NCBI GenBank assembly: GCA_024704765.1
Contig: JAKMXF010000327.1
Coordinates: 1 to 64,000, forward strand
DNA: 64,000 nt
Source: Oopsacas minuta
Lineage: Eukaryota; Animalia; Porifera
Direction of reading: 5' to 3'
Below are positions 25,001 to 37,825 of this stretch, piece by piece. The translations under genes and the position numbers were made by a program. Under the pieces are notes generated by a model. The model was not told the origin of the DNA. It saw nothing but the letters and a program-made list of their open reading frames with translations, and did no database searches. Position 1 is the first letter of the stretch, and every line of letters begins with the position of its first letter.

Positions 25001-27186
25001 GAAGTGAGTTGTTTTGAAATATCTGTAGCAGTACAAATAGTGTAGCAAGTTTGGATAAGATGATACACATCATTTCTACACAAGCCTTTGGATTATCAAT
25101 CAAGAGAGATGGAAAATACTTTCTTACTGATTTTGAATATTGGTCTAGGAACACGAAATATGCCAAACAGAAATCAATTATCTCGTTAGTATCATATTGA
25201 TATTTCAGAATATAGTCTAGTACAATGTTGAAGTTTTGAAATGTATAAGTTTCGTATTTTGATGATACTATTCTCAAAACATCACTTAATAAGAATCTTT
25301 GTTCGAAAGAGAGACCCAAGTTTATACCAAACTGAATACCAAATTCCCAAATAATATTCAAATTAGATAAATCATAGATTGAGAGCTGATCATGATCTAT
25401 ATGATGGATTAGATGTTCATTCCACTTGGACTGGACAGGTATTTTAAAACTCTGATTACACAGCATCAGTACGTTATACCACAATAACTTATTCTCTAAA
25501 TCTTGCTGTTTGTAAATAGGTTTCAAATGATTGTATTTGTTACCAGATTTCTGACATTGAGTGTACTCAATAGTAAACAGATTTATGAGTTCATATATAG
25601 GACTTTGTAATATTCTAAAATTAATAACTCTATCTTGTACCAATTCTGAGAATCTCTTTATAGAATTAGCTATTGTAGTAGGATTTATTTTTAGAAATCT
25701 AACCAGAATAAATGTAATAGCTTCATTAGCTAGATTATCCTTATTTGAGTCGAACAGCTGTGCTATTTCCAAGAAAATGACGAGATATACAGGCCAGTCT
25801 ATTTGGATGTGAGTCTCAAAGATAACTTTTGACTTCAAGTATTTGACGATTTTGTTCAAGGTATTCTAGAAAATTATGGAAAAGTTAAGGTTAACATAAA
25901 ATAGAGCGATCGTAGGAATTGCAAACAAAGTCTAATACGTATAAGAATTTATATGCAATTTGAATTCTAAACTATCATTACGGGTAGGTAACCAGACATG
26001 GGAAATGGAAATGGGAAATCCTATGGTAATTCTGTGGAATGAGATGGGGATGGAATAAAAATTTCATTCACACGGCAACCCTGCCAGTAGGGGCATATAA
26101 GCCCAAGGCTATTATTAGTACGGATATAGCTTGTCTAATAATTAAGCATACACGAAATCTGAAAGGTTAAAAAAGTTAACAACGAACAATCCAACTGAAC
26201 TCACCCACAAAACTTCCTTCTTTTCATGAGCATGCGAATCCATTGTCTGATAGATAAAGTTAATAATTAGAGTTATGATGTCAGAATGTTTACATAATAT
26301 TAGAGGGAGTACATTTTCTTCTCTGTCTTTCGTGAAGAGAAGAATTTCTAACGTAACATCTATAATAAATTCTCTCATTTTTGGCTTGCTCGTACCGTGA
26401 TGTCTTTCTGAACCTATAAATATTTATAAATACAGTAGAACACGGAAAAGACGTCTCGGCTTAAGACGTAATTTCGGTTAGTACGTACTAGTTTTTGTCT
26501 CCCGAGGAGGTACGTCTTATCTGAGTTCTACTGTATTTAAATAGAATACACAAAAGTATCTACACAACGCTAATAAGTAAGGGAAAAACAGATGTGTTAT
26601 AGATACATTGTATGCTAACATTTGAATAGAGTAAAAAATTAATACGAAATAATAAGCGCCCATGCACTTATTCAGGGAATTACTGTATCTGCGACTATAA
26701 ATAAACCTAAGATAAAAGATATAATACTAGTATTACTTGGAAAGTTAGATTCATTGGAAAGCTTATGACCAGGGCTTAGGTCAGATCCTGCTATATCCTC
26801 TGATACAGAACATTCTACTTCTAACGGATTATGTAGTAGTAACTGCTTCAACTCCATTACATCATTAGTCTTCCCTAACAGGAATAAGACAGGAGGATGT
26901 TCTCCTGATAATAGTTCATCAGCTGATATTTTCAATTCTGTTTCTGTAACTTCTCTACATACACATAACACAGCTACTATCAGTTTATCTGAGGAGAGTA
27001 CAGCTAGAGAATTCGAGAGAGGAAGTTTATTGCAATTAAAAAGAACTATCTTTTCTGTATCACTTAAGTCTCCTACATTATCTATGTCTACTAGAGTCAC
27101 CCATTCAGAGATAACCAGCTGATGTTGAAGAGAATAGAAACTTACTCGATGAGCTGTAGACCCAGAAGTGTGTCTCACCAATAGAC
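22056..27186 (-). pseudogene. RNF213 (mysterin)-like N-terminal/stalk gene with frameshift and premature stop; 3' part lost at contig join 22055
   Basis: In-phase exons 27186-26737, 26413-26205 and 25865-22056 with GT/AG sites (e.g. TGG|GTGAGT, TTTTCTAG|AAT). A 2-bp GT duplication at ~25085 shifts frame (KAC-RNDVYH). An in-frame TAA at 24742-24744 reads through into the 808-aa ORF. The C-terminal KIDEFVRKLRFL...LTQLAELGHPNFQD and ILDTGVYEI motifs resemble the RNF213 stalk, recalled from memory. Confidence 0.65.
26433..26533. mobile_element. Tigger/pogo-type MITE (101 bp) in an RNF213-like intron
   Basis: TA|CAGTAGAAC ... GTTCTACTG|TA. Confidence 0.75.
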
Positions 27187-29963
27187 CTGTAAATAGGAAC
27201 ATCATAAGTAAGGCAAATCATAGCTTTGGGCAATTTCAATACTTACGAGCCACTTGCCTTGCTCGCGCTGCGCGGCTCGGAAGATCTTTATAGGACAAAT
27301 TTACATTATCAAACTTGAACATTGGTGATACAGAAAAGCTCATAACACCTGGATTGATGGCAAGTATGCGGAAGGTTGAGTTCATCGGTGGGTCCCAATC
27401 ACAGGCGTTTGTATTTGGCTATTGCCATCGAATGAAATAATTGAAGTAACTCAAATATAGAGTACTGAATTAAGTCCAAAAGTTCACAAAATAATAATAT
27501 CACGAACCACGCCCGCAAATTCACACAAAAAGTGGGGTCGCCCCTCTTCCGTCGGCCTGTTCTTGATAACTTGATAAATCATAAGTACAGAGTAATGCGA
27601 CATCTCAAGATAGAGTAATTCGAATTCGATAGAACATTCCATAAATCCTTTCCCTGACAACGAACAAACAGACAAATAACAACAATGGCAACCTATATTA
27701 TATCTCAATCATTATGTGTGTGAGTATAATAATAGGGAAGATGATATGCGTATAGGGGTTTATACAGAAATTTTTGGACCTGCACTTTTTCTTATCCTGG
27801 CTCTCCTGGGATGGCACTTTTTGGACGGTGACATATTGATCCTAACTAATTTGTGTCTCATGACAGGCACTTTTGTCCTATATGGTCGCTGAACTGGCAC
27901 TTTTAGGTGCCAACCAAGCACCTAGATAAACCCCTGTGTGCGTATAGGGGAATCAAATAGGTAACAATTACATTAGGGTAATCGAGTATGCTGATTGCGA
28001 ATTTGATATTGTAAGCAACATATGATAAATATTAGTTGTCATATGATCAATCATATTTCACACCTTTTGACTGATAATTCCAAATGATATTAGAGAATTC
28101 TTTTCAACGGCATTATGTTCTTATATCGGATAAAATTCAATGGAGTAAAATACAAATGATTCCGTAAATCAAGTTAAGATTCTTATATCCGGTGTCTCAC
28201 ACTGTATTTGGTTGCATAAAGTATACAATTTTCTAAATAGTCTTAGAAACCTGGATTCAACGGCTATTCTAGGGTAATCTAGTACGCTGATTCAGAATTT
28301 CGCACTTTCAATGTACTCATGTGAAATAATAGTTGGGGTTCTTACAAAAATTTCGAGGCACGAAGTGCCGAGTGTTCGCAAGCCGCAAAGCGCGAGCAAG
28401 TGAAGCGGCTTATTTAATAATATAGATTTAGTGAATACAGTAAAACCTACATTATATAATCGAATGGATTCCACCCTCACAATTGATTGGCAATATCAAA
28501 ATTTATTTTCAAGAATAGTTTGAAGGAGTTCTGAGGTAGAATATAAATTATTACGTATATACTTACCTAAGTTGTAAAGTTTAACAGTTTCTGAAATACG
28601 AAGAGAATATTTTAGAGATTCTGCCATGTAGGATAATATTTCCCAACATCAATAACCAATTATAATAACAGACTAAGGACTGAGGATAGTAACATATACA
28701 ATAATATATGTACAGGCCCTCAGGCAGGTATTGACTATTGCCTACTGGTTTTATTGTATTAATTAGCTATCAGTTTCAATATATCTTTCTTTTGTTCACA
28801 ATTTAGTGTACGCATTCACTATGAGAAATTTACGTAATACGAAATTACTAGACTTATACTGCTGTATAGTCTGTATTGCTACAATAATACGAAGGGCATT
28901 AGGAAAGTTTTGTCGTTCGATATGTTCTAAGCATGTCACTAACTTCAAATTTGGTCACACATTAAATCACTCAATTCAACATTATACCGAAGTTTTCAAG
29001 AAGCTACGTAGAATTTTCTGCATTCGGTGACACTTTTCTCACGGGAGACTTTCGAGTCCGTTACAACACGCTGATTCTAACTCCTTATGACTAAAAAGGT
29101 ATTCTTCTTTAGGTTTAGGGAACAATTCAGAAGCAGGGTTTCTTCCAGCATTTATATGTAGCGCGCCTATATGAATTCTCGATTTCACTTACGCGCCTAG
29201 ACTATTTGAATTTTCGAAGCTTCAAACGTAAATTTTAACCAAACCATACTTCCATCACATCTAATACGTTAATTATACATTCCAGAGATGTTATCTAGAA
29301 TCTTTCACTATACAAATACGTGTATTGTGCATTAATAATGGACTGTTGACCTAACATTGTATATTTATCTTATTCATTGTCTCTCTTAGCAAAATTACTT
29401 CAGTATTTATATTATGGCTGAGAAAACCAATAACGACCCGTTATGTAAACCATTACATTATTCGTCGAAATTAGGCGTATGCCCGCGCCTAACTCTCAAA
29501 ATTTTCTTGCTCTTAACTATACGAATCTTTGAAAATACGCGCCTGTAGGCGCGCGTAGCGCTCCTGGATGATAGCCTGATTCTAGATCTGCTTTGACACT
29601 TTATCATGTAGCCGATCTTGTTCGAATTAGCCAACAAGGGCCTGAATTTCCGAAAATCTCTGATATTAATTGGCCTTTTAATTTGCAAGAACTTTTACCG
29701 AATTCTTATTTCGATGTATTCATTGACCAAGTATTCAAGCTTTGGCGCATGAACCCAAGACGATTATGAATAATCACAGTTTCTGCTATCTAGTAGTATT
29801 AGGACTCGACATACATATCGTGAATTATCAAGCTTCATCCCGTTAATTATACCTTTTTGAATTATTTTACAATATTAATGAATTCAACAACTGAATTCAT
29901 CTTATAAACTGTAATACAACTCACTATATAGGATTTTATACATTGACGTAATCCATCAAATTA

Positions 29964-32277
29964 CACTGCCCTGCGTCAAATTTGCTGATTATTATCCATG
30001 GGTTGTTTTTAGTTAACTTGAGTATACTGATTCTCAATCTGTCATCAGAATTCCCCTATCACGTCTCGTTTTTACTCAAATGTCATTTTAATGTAAGTCG
30101 ATTTTTTTAGTTACACTTCCCTAGAATAAATGATTATATTTGATACTTGTGTGAATTTTTGTCTTTTGAAATAAACAGATGCGTGCTTTATTGCATTTTC
30201 TAATTAGTCCCTTTAACTCCATTCTTTTCTACATAATTTTTTTATTTTTATTTTGTTATATACAGCTTTATTGTACTATAGTCTACTATTTTGATATTTT
30301 ATTATCATATGGCTTATCGGAGAAGGTGCAGTAATGATCCAGACGTCTTTTGTTATATTTGTGGGAGTTTTATGACTTCTAAACAAACTACGGCAATAAC
30401 AGGATTTGTTAAAAAAGCATATTTAGGATATTTTGGAATGAGAATAGGTGATCAAGACAAAACATGGGCTCCACATACAGTGTGCCGATCTTGTGTAGAA
30501 AATTTGAGACAATGGACAAAAGGAATCAGAAAGAGTTTAAGTTTTGGAATTCCAATGATATGGAGAGAGCCACAAAATCATATTAGCGATTGTTACTTTT
30601 GTATGGCGAATATTTCCGGATTCAATGCTAAAACCAAGTCATTGATCAAGTATCCAAATTTACATTCAGCAATACGACCCGTTCCCCATTCTATTGATGT
30701 ACCTGTTCCAAAATTTACTAATTTGGGTGTTATCTCGGAAATTGATGATTGTGAAACTAGAGATTCATTAATTAGAGAAGATGAGGATTTTATTCCGTGT
30801 GTATTATCTCGTTCTAATTCTCCACAGTTATTTAATCAGTCTGAATTAAATGATTTGGTACGTGATTTAGATTTACCTAAAGAATCTGCGGAGTTGTTAG
30901 GTTCTAGGCTAAAAGAAAAAAACTTGCTTCTCCCAGAAACAAAATTTTACTCATATAGGAACAGAGAGATCGAATTTTTGAAATATTTCATAATGGAAGA
31001 CGGATTTGTGTTTTGTCATGTTTCACCGCTAGTTAATGCTCTTGGATGTCCGTATGTACCTAATGATTGGAGACTCTTTATTGATAGTTCAAAACAAAGT
31101 TTGAAATGTGTTCTACTTCATAATGGCAACAAATTTAGTTCCATACCAATTGGACATTCAGTAAGTTTAAAGGAACGATATGATAACATGAAAATTGTGC
31201 TTCATAAAATTAATTATAACCAGCACAATTGGGTAATCTGTGGTGACTTAAAAATCATATGCATTCTTTTGGGACAGCAATCAGGATATACAAAATACCC
31301 TTGTTTTTTATGCTTATGGGACAGTCGTGCAAAGAGCGAACACTATTCTAGACAGAGCTGGCCAGCTAGAACCAATCTTAATGTTGGAGATAAGAACATT
31401 ATTCACGAGCCTCTAGTGGATCCTCTCAAGATTTTGCTTCCACCACTTCATATAAAATTAGGATTGATGAAACAGTTTGTAAGGGCATTAGATAAAGAAG
31501 GAAATTGTTTCAAATATATTACCGAGAAATTTTACTACCTAAGTGATGAAAAAAGAAAAGCCGGTATATTCGACGGTCCTCAGATAAGACAACTTGTTCG
31601 AGATGATAATTTTTCAAATTCTATGATATGCAAAGAAAAATGTGCATGGAATGCATTTGTAGATGTCATGAAAAACTTCTTGGGAAATACGAAATCTCCT
31701 AATTATAAAATACTTGTGAATGAGTTGATTGAATCTTACAAGAATCTCGGCTGCAATATGAGTGTAAAAGTTCACTTTCTTCACAGTCATATTGACTATT
31801 TTCCAGAGAATCTTGGAGCTGTTTCCGAGGAGCAAGGTGAACGATTCCACCAAGACATAAAAACAATGGAAACACGATATCAGGGGAGGTGGGACGTTCA
31901 TATGATGGCTGATTACTGCTGGTGCCTCAAGAGAGATTGTATTGATGTTATTCATGCTAGAATGTCAAAAAAACGGAAATTTACTCCTGATTCAGACTAA
32001 TATATTCAAATTATTTATTAACTAAGATTATATTATCAATAAAAATTTTATTGTAATTCTTAGTAAAAATTTATAAATGGCAGATTTTCACTATTTTACT
32101 TGTGAGGTATCATGCATTCATCGATAAATATACCAGTATTTAAAAATAATTTTGCAAAAAAACTAGACGTGATACGTATATTTTACAAAATTATTCAAAA
32201 TCAGTATTAAAATGTGGATTAGAAAATGTTTTGCAATAACAATCAGCAAATAAAATTTTTTTTTCCGCAGGGCTGTG
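29964..32277 (+). mobile_element. Chapaev3 (CMC-group) DNA transposon, full length (2314 bp)
   Basis: CAC...GTG termini with imperfect TIR CAC(T/A)GCCCTGCG, and a 3-bp TTA duplication on both sides (TWA is typical of Chapaev3). Confidence 0.85.
30309..32000 (+). CDS. Chapaev3 transposase, ~563 aa from first ATG, uninterrupted
   Basis: N-terminal Cys/His motifs CYICG, WAPHTVCRSC and WREPQNHISDCYFC. Core motifs LFIDSS, ICGDLK, YPCFLCLWDSR, LPPLHIKLGLMK and SEEQGERFHQDI. Confidence 0.88.
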   Translation: MAYRRRCSNDPDVFCYICGSFMTSKQTTAITGFVKKAYLGYFGMRIGDQDKTWAPHTVCRSCVENLRQWTKGIRKSLSFGIPMIWREPQNHISDCYFCMANISGFNAKTKSLIKYPNLHSAIRPVPHSIDVPVPKFTNLGVISEIDDCETRDSLIREDEDFIPCVLSRSNSPQLFNQSELNDLVRDLDLPKESAELLGSRLKEKNLLLPETKFYSYRNREIEFLKYFIMEDGFVFCHVSPLVNALGCPYVPNDWRLFIDSSKQSLKCVLLHNGNKFSSIPIGHSVSLKERYDNMKIVLHKINYNQHNWVICGDLKIICILLGQQSGYTKYPCFLCLWDSRAKSEHYSRQSWPARTNLNVGDKNIIHEPLVDPLKILLPPLHIKLGLMKQFVRALDKEGNCFKYITEKFYYLSDEKRKAGIFDGPQIRQLVRDDNFSNSMICKEKCAWNAFVDVMKNFLGNTKSPNYKILVNELIESYKNLGCNMSVKVHFLHSHIDYFPENLGAVSEEQGERFHQDIKTMETRYQGRWDVHMMADYCWCLKRDCIDVIHARMSKKRKFTPDSD

Positions 32278-32790
32278 TTATTTGTCGATACTAACCTAGG
32301 TGCGTGTCATGCGCCTAGCTGTTAAAATTTTCACGCGCTTAACTATAATATCTTTTTAAAATACGCGCCTGGAGAAACCCTGGGTCAGAAGTCACGGGGG
32401 GATAAGTCAAGAGAATATGACAGATGTGGTTGATAGGATACCCAAATCGCTTGAATATGCTACATAATAATTGCGGCCTTGTATTCAGGTGTATTATCAT
32501 TTTGTAATTCATAACTTTGAGCTTGGCTTTGGAATGCCTCTGCTTTATCTTTTCGAATATAGTCTTCAAACAAACTTCTTTATACCACTTAGCAATGACT
32601 GCAAGACCCATTTTAAGTACATGACATGCATCGTACTACCAATTGTATGGGGGCCTATACTTACACTGGTAGCTGGCCATCTTGAAGTACCCAAACCTTG
32701 GCTTATTCTTCTGGAAGAAGATCATGATGGTTTATCCAGGTTTAACCCCAGTACCCATGTTATAACTTCACTTACCATAATCTGAATTTA

Positions 32791-33827
32791 CTTGTGGTCA
32801 TTCAAAAAGTTCCCATCCTTAGTTTATAGCAGCAAAACTCTACTCGATTACATGAGATGCATAGTATCCTATCGATTACCTATTTAATGCTGTTGAGGAA
32901 GTCACTCCACCTATTATATATCTTGATCCATCCTACTTTCAATTTTACCTATTTTCGAGAGTCAATTTTTTCATGGCTTCAAAACACATATCAAGCAAAA
33001 CCGAACAACGTGCTTACATAAAGATTCGTACCATACTGGGCGACAAACCACTCCAGATACATGAGGATCTCGTCAACGTTTAGAAGCTCTAGCGTATCCC
33101 ACTGTAAAGGAATGGGCACGTAAATTAAAGGCTGGTAGGGGCAGCATTGAAGATGCCCCTCGGATCGGAAGACCAATTTCGTTACCACCCCTGAAATTGC
33201 CTCTGAAATTCTGGAACTATTGGATATTGACCGCCATTTGAGCATTGAAGAGATTGCCCTATTCCTGGACATCTCATCGGGAAGTGTTCATACAATTCTC
33301 TCGAATATCGAAAGATTTCAAGTGGCTCAAATACCTGTGCCTAAAGGAGAACGAATCAATGGAGAATTTATGCAGATAAATGTCTGAGAGAAGTCGAGAA
33401 AGTCTATAAAACACGACGTCCGCGTACAGGAACTCGAGGAATCAAACTTCTCCACGATAATGCCAGACCTCATGTTTCAAAATACGTTAGGGAAGTCATT
33501 GAGGATATCGGGTTTTAAACGATTGAACATCCTCCATATTCCCCAGATTTATCACCTTATGATTTCTGGCTATTTCCTGAACTGAAAAAACATCTCGGAG
33601 GACGGCTATTTCATACCCGACAGGAGCTAGGAAACGGAATTTATCACTAACTCAATTCAGTGGACAGAGACGAGTATAAAAAAACATTTTCGAAGTGGGT
33701 TGAAAGGCTACAACTATGCATAGATGTAGAGGGGAGTATTTCGAACATTTTATGTAGAAATTTGATTAGTAAGATGTTGTAGTGTCAAGATATTAAACAA
33801 AGATGGGAACTTTTTGAATGCCCTAAC
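32791..33827 (+). mobile_element. Decayed, internally deleted DD34D mariner
   Basis: TIR core CATTCAAAAAGTTCCCATC at both ends with TA flanks. Translation includes MASKHISSKTEQRAYIKIRT and LLHDNARPH..*..HPPYSPDLSPYDFWLF (34 spacing) with stops and frameshifts. Confidence 0.88.
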
Positions 33828-34706
33828 TACATTTATCAAGCATTGAATCACAAAGTTCCACACCTGCCTCATTCGAGGTTCAAGTAAAATTTTGTGTTAT
33901 CCAGCGACAATATAGCTTCCTATCAAAGGAAGTTCGTGAATGATGGTAATAATCACTGGGGCAACCTTTGCTTCAGTGCCTCTCTGCTAGTTTGCATGCT
34001 TTTTGATAACTTCTTAACATTTCTGAATCAGTTGGTTGGATATTTTCCAGTGGTACTTTTGTGACCGAATAGCCATTAGGCCCTCTTTCAATGAGTTTCC
34101 TTCTATTGTAAACTATCGATAATGTCTATATCGTTCGTAGAGATCCATTATCATCCCCTAAACGCGACGTCATTTCAAATAATCGGTTTGTAGTTCATAC
34201 CTCAAGTCTGACGAGACTGTTACTGTTATTTGTGATTTATTGAGCGTTGCCATAGTTACCACGAAATATGTCAAGCAGAAATAGGAAAAGTGTCGGCAAA
34301 TACATATTATTGCAGCTTGCTTCTTGAAATTTTCGTTATAATGTTGAATTGAGTTGATTTAATTTGTGAGCAAATTTGAAGTTAGCGACATGCATATCGA
34401 ACGACTAAACTTTCTTAGTGCCCTTCGTATAAAAGTAAATGAAAAGAGGCCTATGTTACAGCTTAGTTTGCAAAGTTTTCTCTATTTCTTGTTATCAAAC
34501 TCTGGCTAACATTTCCTTTCCTGTATAGATGCCATATCTTCCCCCTTTGTAGAAATGTTAGAAGTAAAATATATATTGATGAAAGACTACTCTACATACA
34601 TACCATATGAAAAATATGCTTCACGTAAACTTGACCAATTACTAGCTAGTATGAATATTTCAAAACACTATTATAAATGACTTTTCTAACCAGCAACCTA
34701 AGATGA

Positions 34707-36830
34707 TATCAGGGAATTATCTAGGAGTGCTGGACGCTCCTCTAGGCGTACGAAATTATATTTAGGAGCGTAAAAATGAGGATCTTTCCCTTACCATAAC
34801 AATAATTTAATGATTCGGATGAATTAATTTTGAGAGGAGGAGTGCTAGGAGCGTGCTCGGTATAACCTGTATCACTCTGTAGTTGATATATGGAATATTT
34901 AGCAATATAGCCTGCTAGATACCCTCGAGCAACCTGTTTGTTGATATTAATCGCGAGGTTGATAGTTACGGTGTTTCCCATACCAGAATACATCCTTGAT
35001 TGATAACATGACTTGTATTAGACAACGTTTCTAAGCAATCGGGTTGTCCGCTGAGAATACATAACTCAGATGGCAACCCGATCACTTTGAAACAACTGTT
35101 CATCTTCCAAAAGTAATGCACTCTCATCTCTAAGTGGTCAGGTTGACCCATGAGGATCTCACAGTACTCAGACGGCAACCCGATCACTTTGAGTTGAGAG
35201 TGCGTTGATAATATTAACTTAGAAATTATCTAACTTTCTCTCTTTTATACTTACAATAATTTGAAATGTGAAACCTAATTGTGTAATTATGACAACCATT
35301 ATTCTTACATAGAAATCTAAGTTATCTAACCACTTAATATATTAATTCAGCATACTAATTGGGGATTTGGTTGCTATCGTATGAATTCGTATCATAATAC
35401 GAGTACATTTCATATAGCATTCATGTTACTAAGGAATATAGCCTAAAAGAAAGGTAAATCTATACTATTAGAACGCAACTAATCAGATATCTGTCAGGGT
35501 CGGACTAGGCATAATGCCATTAATAGCTAGAGCGGGGAGTTTGGCTGCTTAAAGACTAAACTTCAATCACTTATCCATATATCATTATTAGTTATCTTGA
35601 AACGAATAGCATTACGTAATAATAACAAAAATAATGAATAGTAAAATTCAATCCTGATTACTTAAATACAAATCTCATGTAAATCTGAAAGAATAAAAAG
35701 GAGCGCGGTTGGAGCGGGAGCCGGAGTAGTGCGGTCCTTATCTCAGTAAGGAGCGGCGGTGGGAGCGCGCGTTATTGAATAGTCTTGCGACAAGTCAGTA
35801 TTCGAATTCAATATCGCATTCTATAAATCCTTCCTTGACAACGAACAAACAGACAACAATAGTAATTTGTATTATATAGATTAATTGTAGGGTAATTGAA
35901 TAAAGAGCAATTTGTAGGTACATACATAATGCGTATATTACATCAAATTATTAGATTGTGTGTAAGTGTTCATTTATATTAAACGATGATATTATATGAA
36001 ATTTTTATACATATAATATCATCGTTCCTCGATTTACCATTGAATACAGATCCACGAGGGCTACTGGTACTATAACTCCCTAGTTTTAAAGGTGTCCTTG
36101 TACTATGCTGTATTGCTGACCATAATTAATATTTACCGATAGTTTGGCCATCTCTTCTCGAGGGTACCAAAGTGGGCTCCACATGACCCATAAAAGGAAC
36201 CCGAGCAGGAATCCCGCATCGAATGTCTGGCCAGCACGCCCCTGGTTCTCTCAGATAGGTCACAATAAGTGTAGTGATCTATCAGATTTATGTAAACTTT
36301 ACACTGGTTTTGTAAGCTAATGGTTGAATTATCTACGTCTAGTGATGAAAGGATGACATACAAATTACGTAGTGGTTGTATAACTTTATTCATTCGTAAT
36401 ACTAACTGAGACAGTCAATGAATGGGTTTATTACAGACATTGACAGGAGTGAGTAATGTATAGCCCGTAGTGATGACTTCTTGGACGGTCGTAATAAGAA
36501 TTTTAGAGAGTAAATAATAGTGAGCATACCTATAGTAAGGGAACGAGATCTCATACTAATTTAGAAATGTGGGTTACTAGTAGTTGTTACCAATTGATAG
36601 TCCATATCCAACATCAACCTCTGTTAATAGCTTCTAAAACATATACTCACAGGGCAGAGAGTGATACAGCTTATTCGGAGCACGCTCCTGGCGTTCCTAC
36701 TCTCAAATTTTCATAACCCTAAATCAGTAAATTAGGTTACGGTAGAGGGAAAAGATCCTCAATATAAGGCTAATAAATACAATTTCATCAAAAATCATAA
36801 GAGAAGCGTCCGACGCTTCTAGATAATTCC
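34707..36830. repeat. Older diverged inverted pair (~34707-34890 vs ~36655-36830)
   Basis: GGAATTATCTAGGAG..GGACGCT..GAGGATCTTTCCCT..GGAGCGTGCTC..TGTATCACTCT is mirrored in the second copy. Confidence 0.6.
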
Positions 36831-37825
36831 TTGCTACCGGGTATATCCCGTATCCAACAAATAGGAGGGCTGAGCCCGCTACCTTGTATATTTATAATCA
36901 CTGGAACTATGGAAGGTGTGGAAACCACTTTTCAGAAACTACCAATACATTGATTGTAATACATAATATATAAAGTTAAGTTTAACAGGAAATCGATCTC
37001 ATTGTGAAATAATTAGTCAATTTAACATTCTTTTTTTTGATATTATTTGTTTTTAACTACTACGAGCCATTGGCTCGTCGCATTGCGCCTCGAGTTATCC
37101 ATAAGTATCTACGTAAATTTTGAGATTTGGCTAATTTGTTTACTTTATATTCATAAAAACAATAAATTTACACATGATTAGCCCAAAGGTGTGAAAATCG
37201 GATTCAGCATGTTCCATATATTTAGTGAAGTTTTATTGAATTCTATTTCCTTGATAAACACGATAAATCCATAGTTATGCGATAATTTCAAATTGCATAC
37301 CGTAAATCCTTTCCTTGACAACGGACAAACAAACAAACAAACAAACAGACAACAATTGAGATTTAATAATATAGATTTACAGCCCTTCCCATAAAGCTAT
37401 TATTCATAATATAATAGAAGTAAAATATAATTTTCCTTGATTTGTAATATTATGGCACGAATTCATACGATAGCAACTAAATCACCAATTGGTATGCTGA
37501 ATTAATATATTAAGTGGTCGGTATATAACTCAGATTTCTATGTAAGAATAATGGTTGTCATAATTACACAATTAGGTTTCACATTTCAGATTATTGTAAG
37601 TATAAAAGAGAGAAAGTTAGATAATTTCTAAGTTAATATTATCAACGCACTCTCAACTCAAAGTGATCGGGTTGCCGTCTGAGTACTGTGAGATCCTCAT
37701 GGGTCAACCTGACCACTTAGAGATGAGAGTGTATTACTTTTTGAAGATGAACAGTTGTTTCAAAGTGATCGGGTTGCCATCTGAGTTATGTATTCTCAGC
37801 GGACAACTCGATCGCTTAGAAACGT
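35025..37825. mobile_element. 2.8-kb element bounded by ~375-bp high-identity inverted arms (35025-35399 / 37448-37825), no transposase inside
   Basis: Arms align base by base with few mismatches. Each arm carries a 102-bp-period internal direct repeat. The mirror ORFs 34966-35187 and 37663-37881 derive from the arms. Confidence 0.8.
37040..37377 (+). mobile_element. Non-autonomous Helitron-like element (family also at ~27610-27710, ~35780-35885, 40440-41155, 59690-59940)
   Basis: GC-rich hairpin-like 5' part (GAGCCATTGGCTC..GCGCCTCGAG), a shared body, and a 3' AAATCCTTTCCTTGACAACGGACAAACAAACAGACAAC...ATAATATAGAT end. No TIR or TSD. Confidence 0.6.

Larger units (their letters stand above)
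29134..32382. mobile_element. Non-autonomous TIR element (~0.93 kb of own sequence) hosting the Chapaev3 insertion
   Basis: Ends CAGGGTTTCTTCCAG / CTGGAGAAACCCTG. Both flanks share TCAGAAG (degenerate 8-9 bp TSD). An ACGCGCCT motif is repeated near both ends. Confidence 0.6.
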
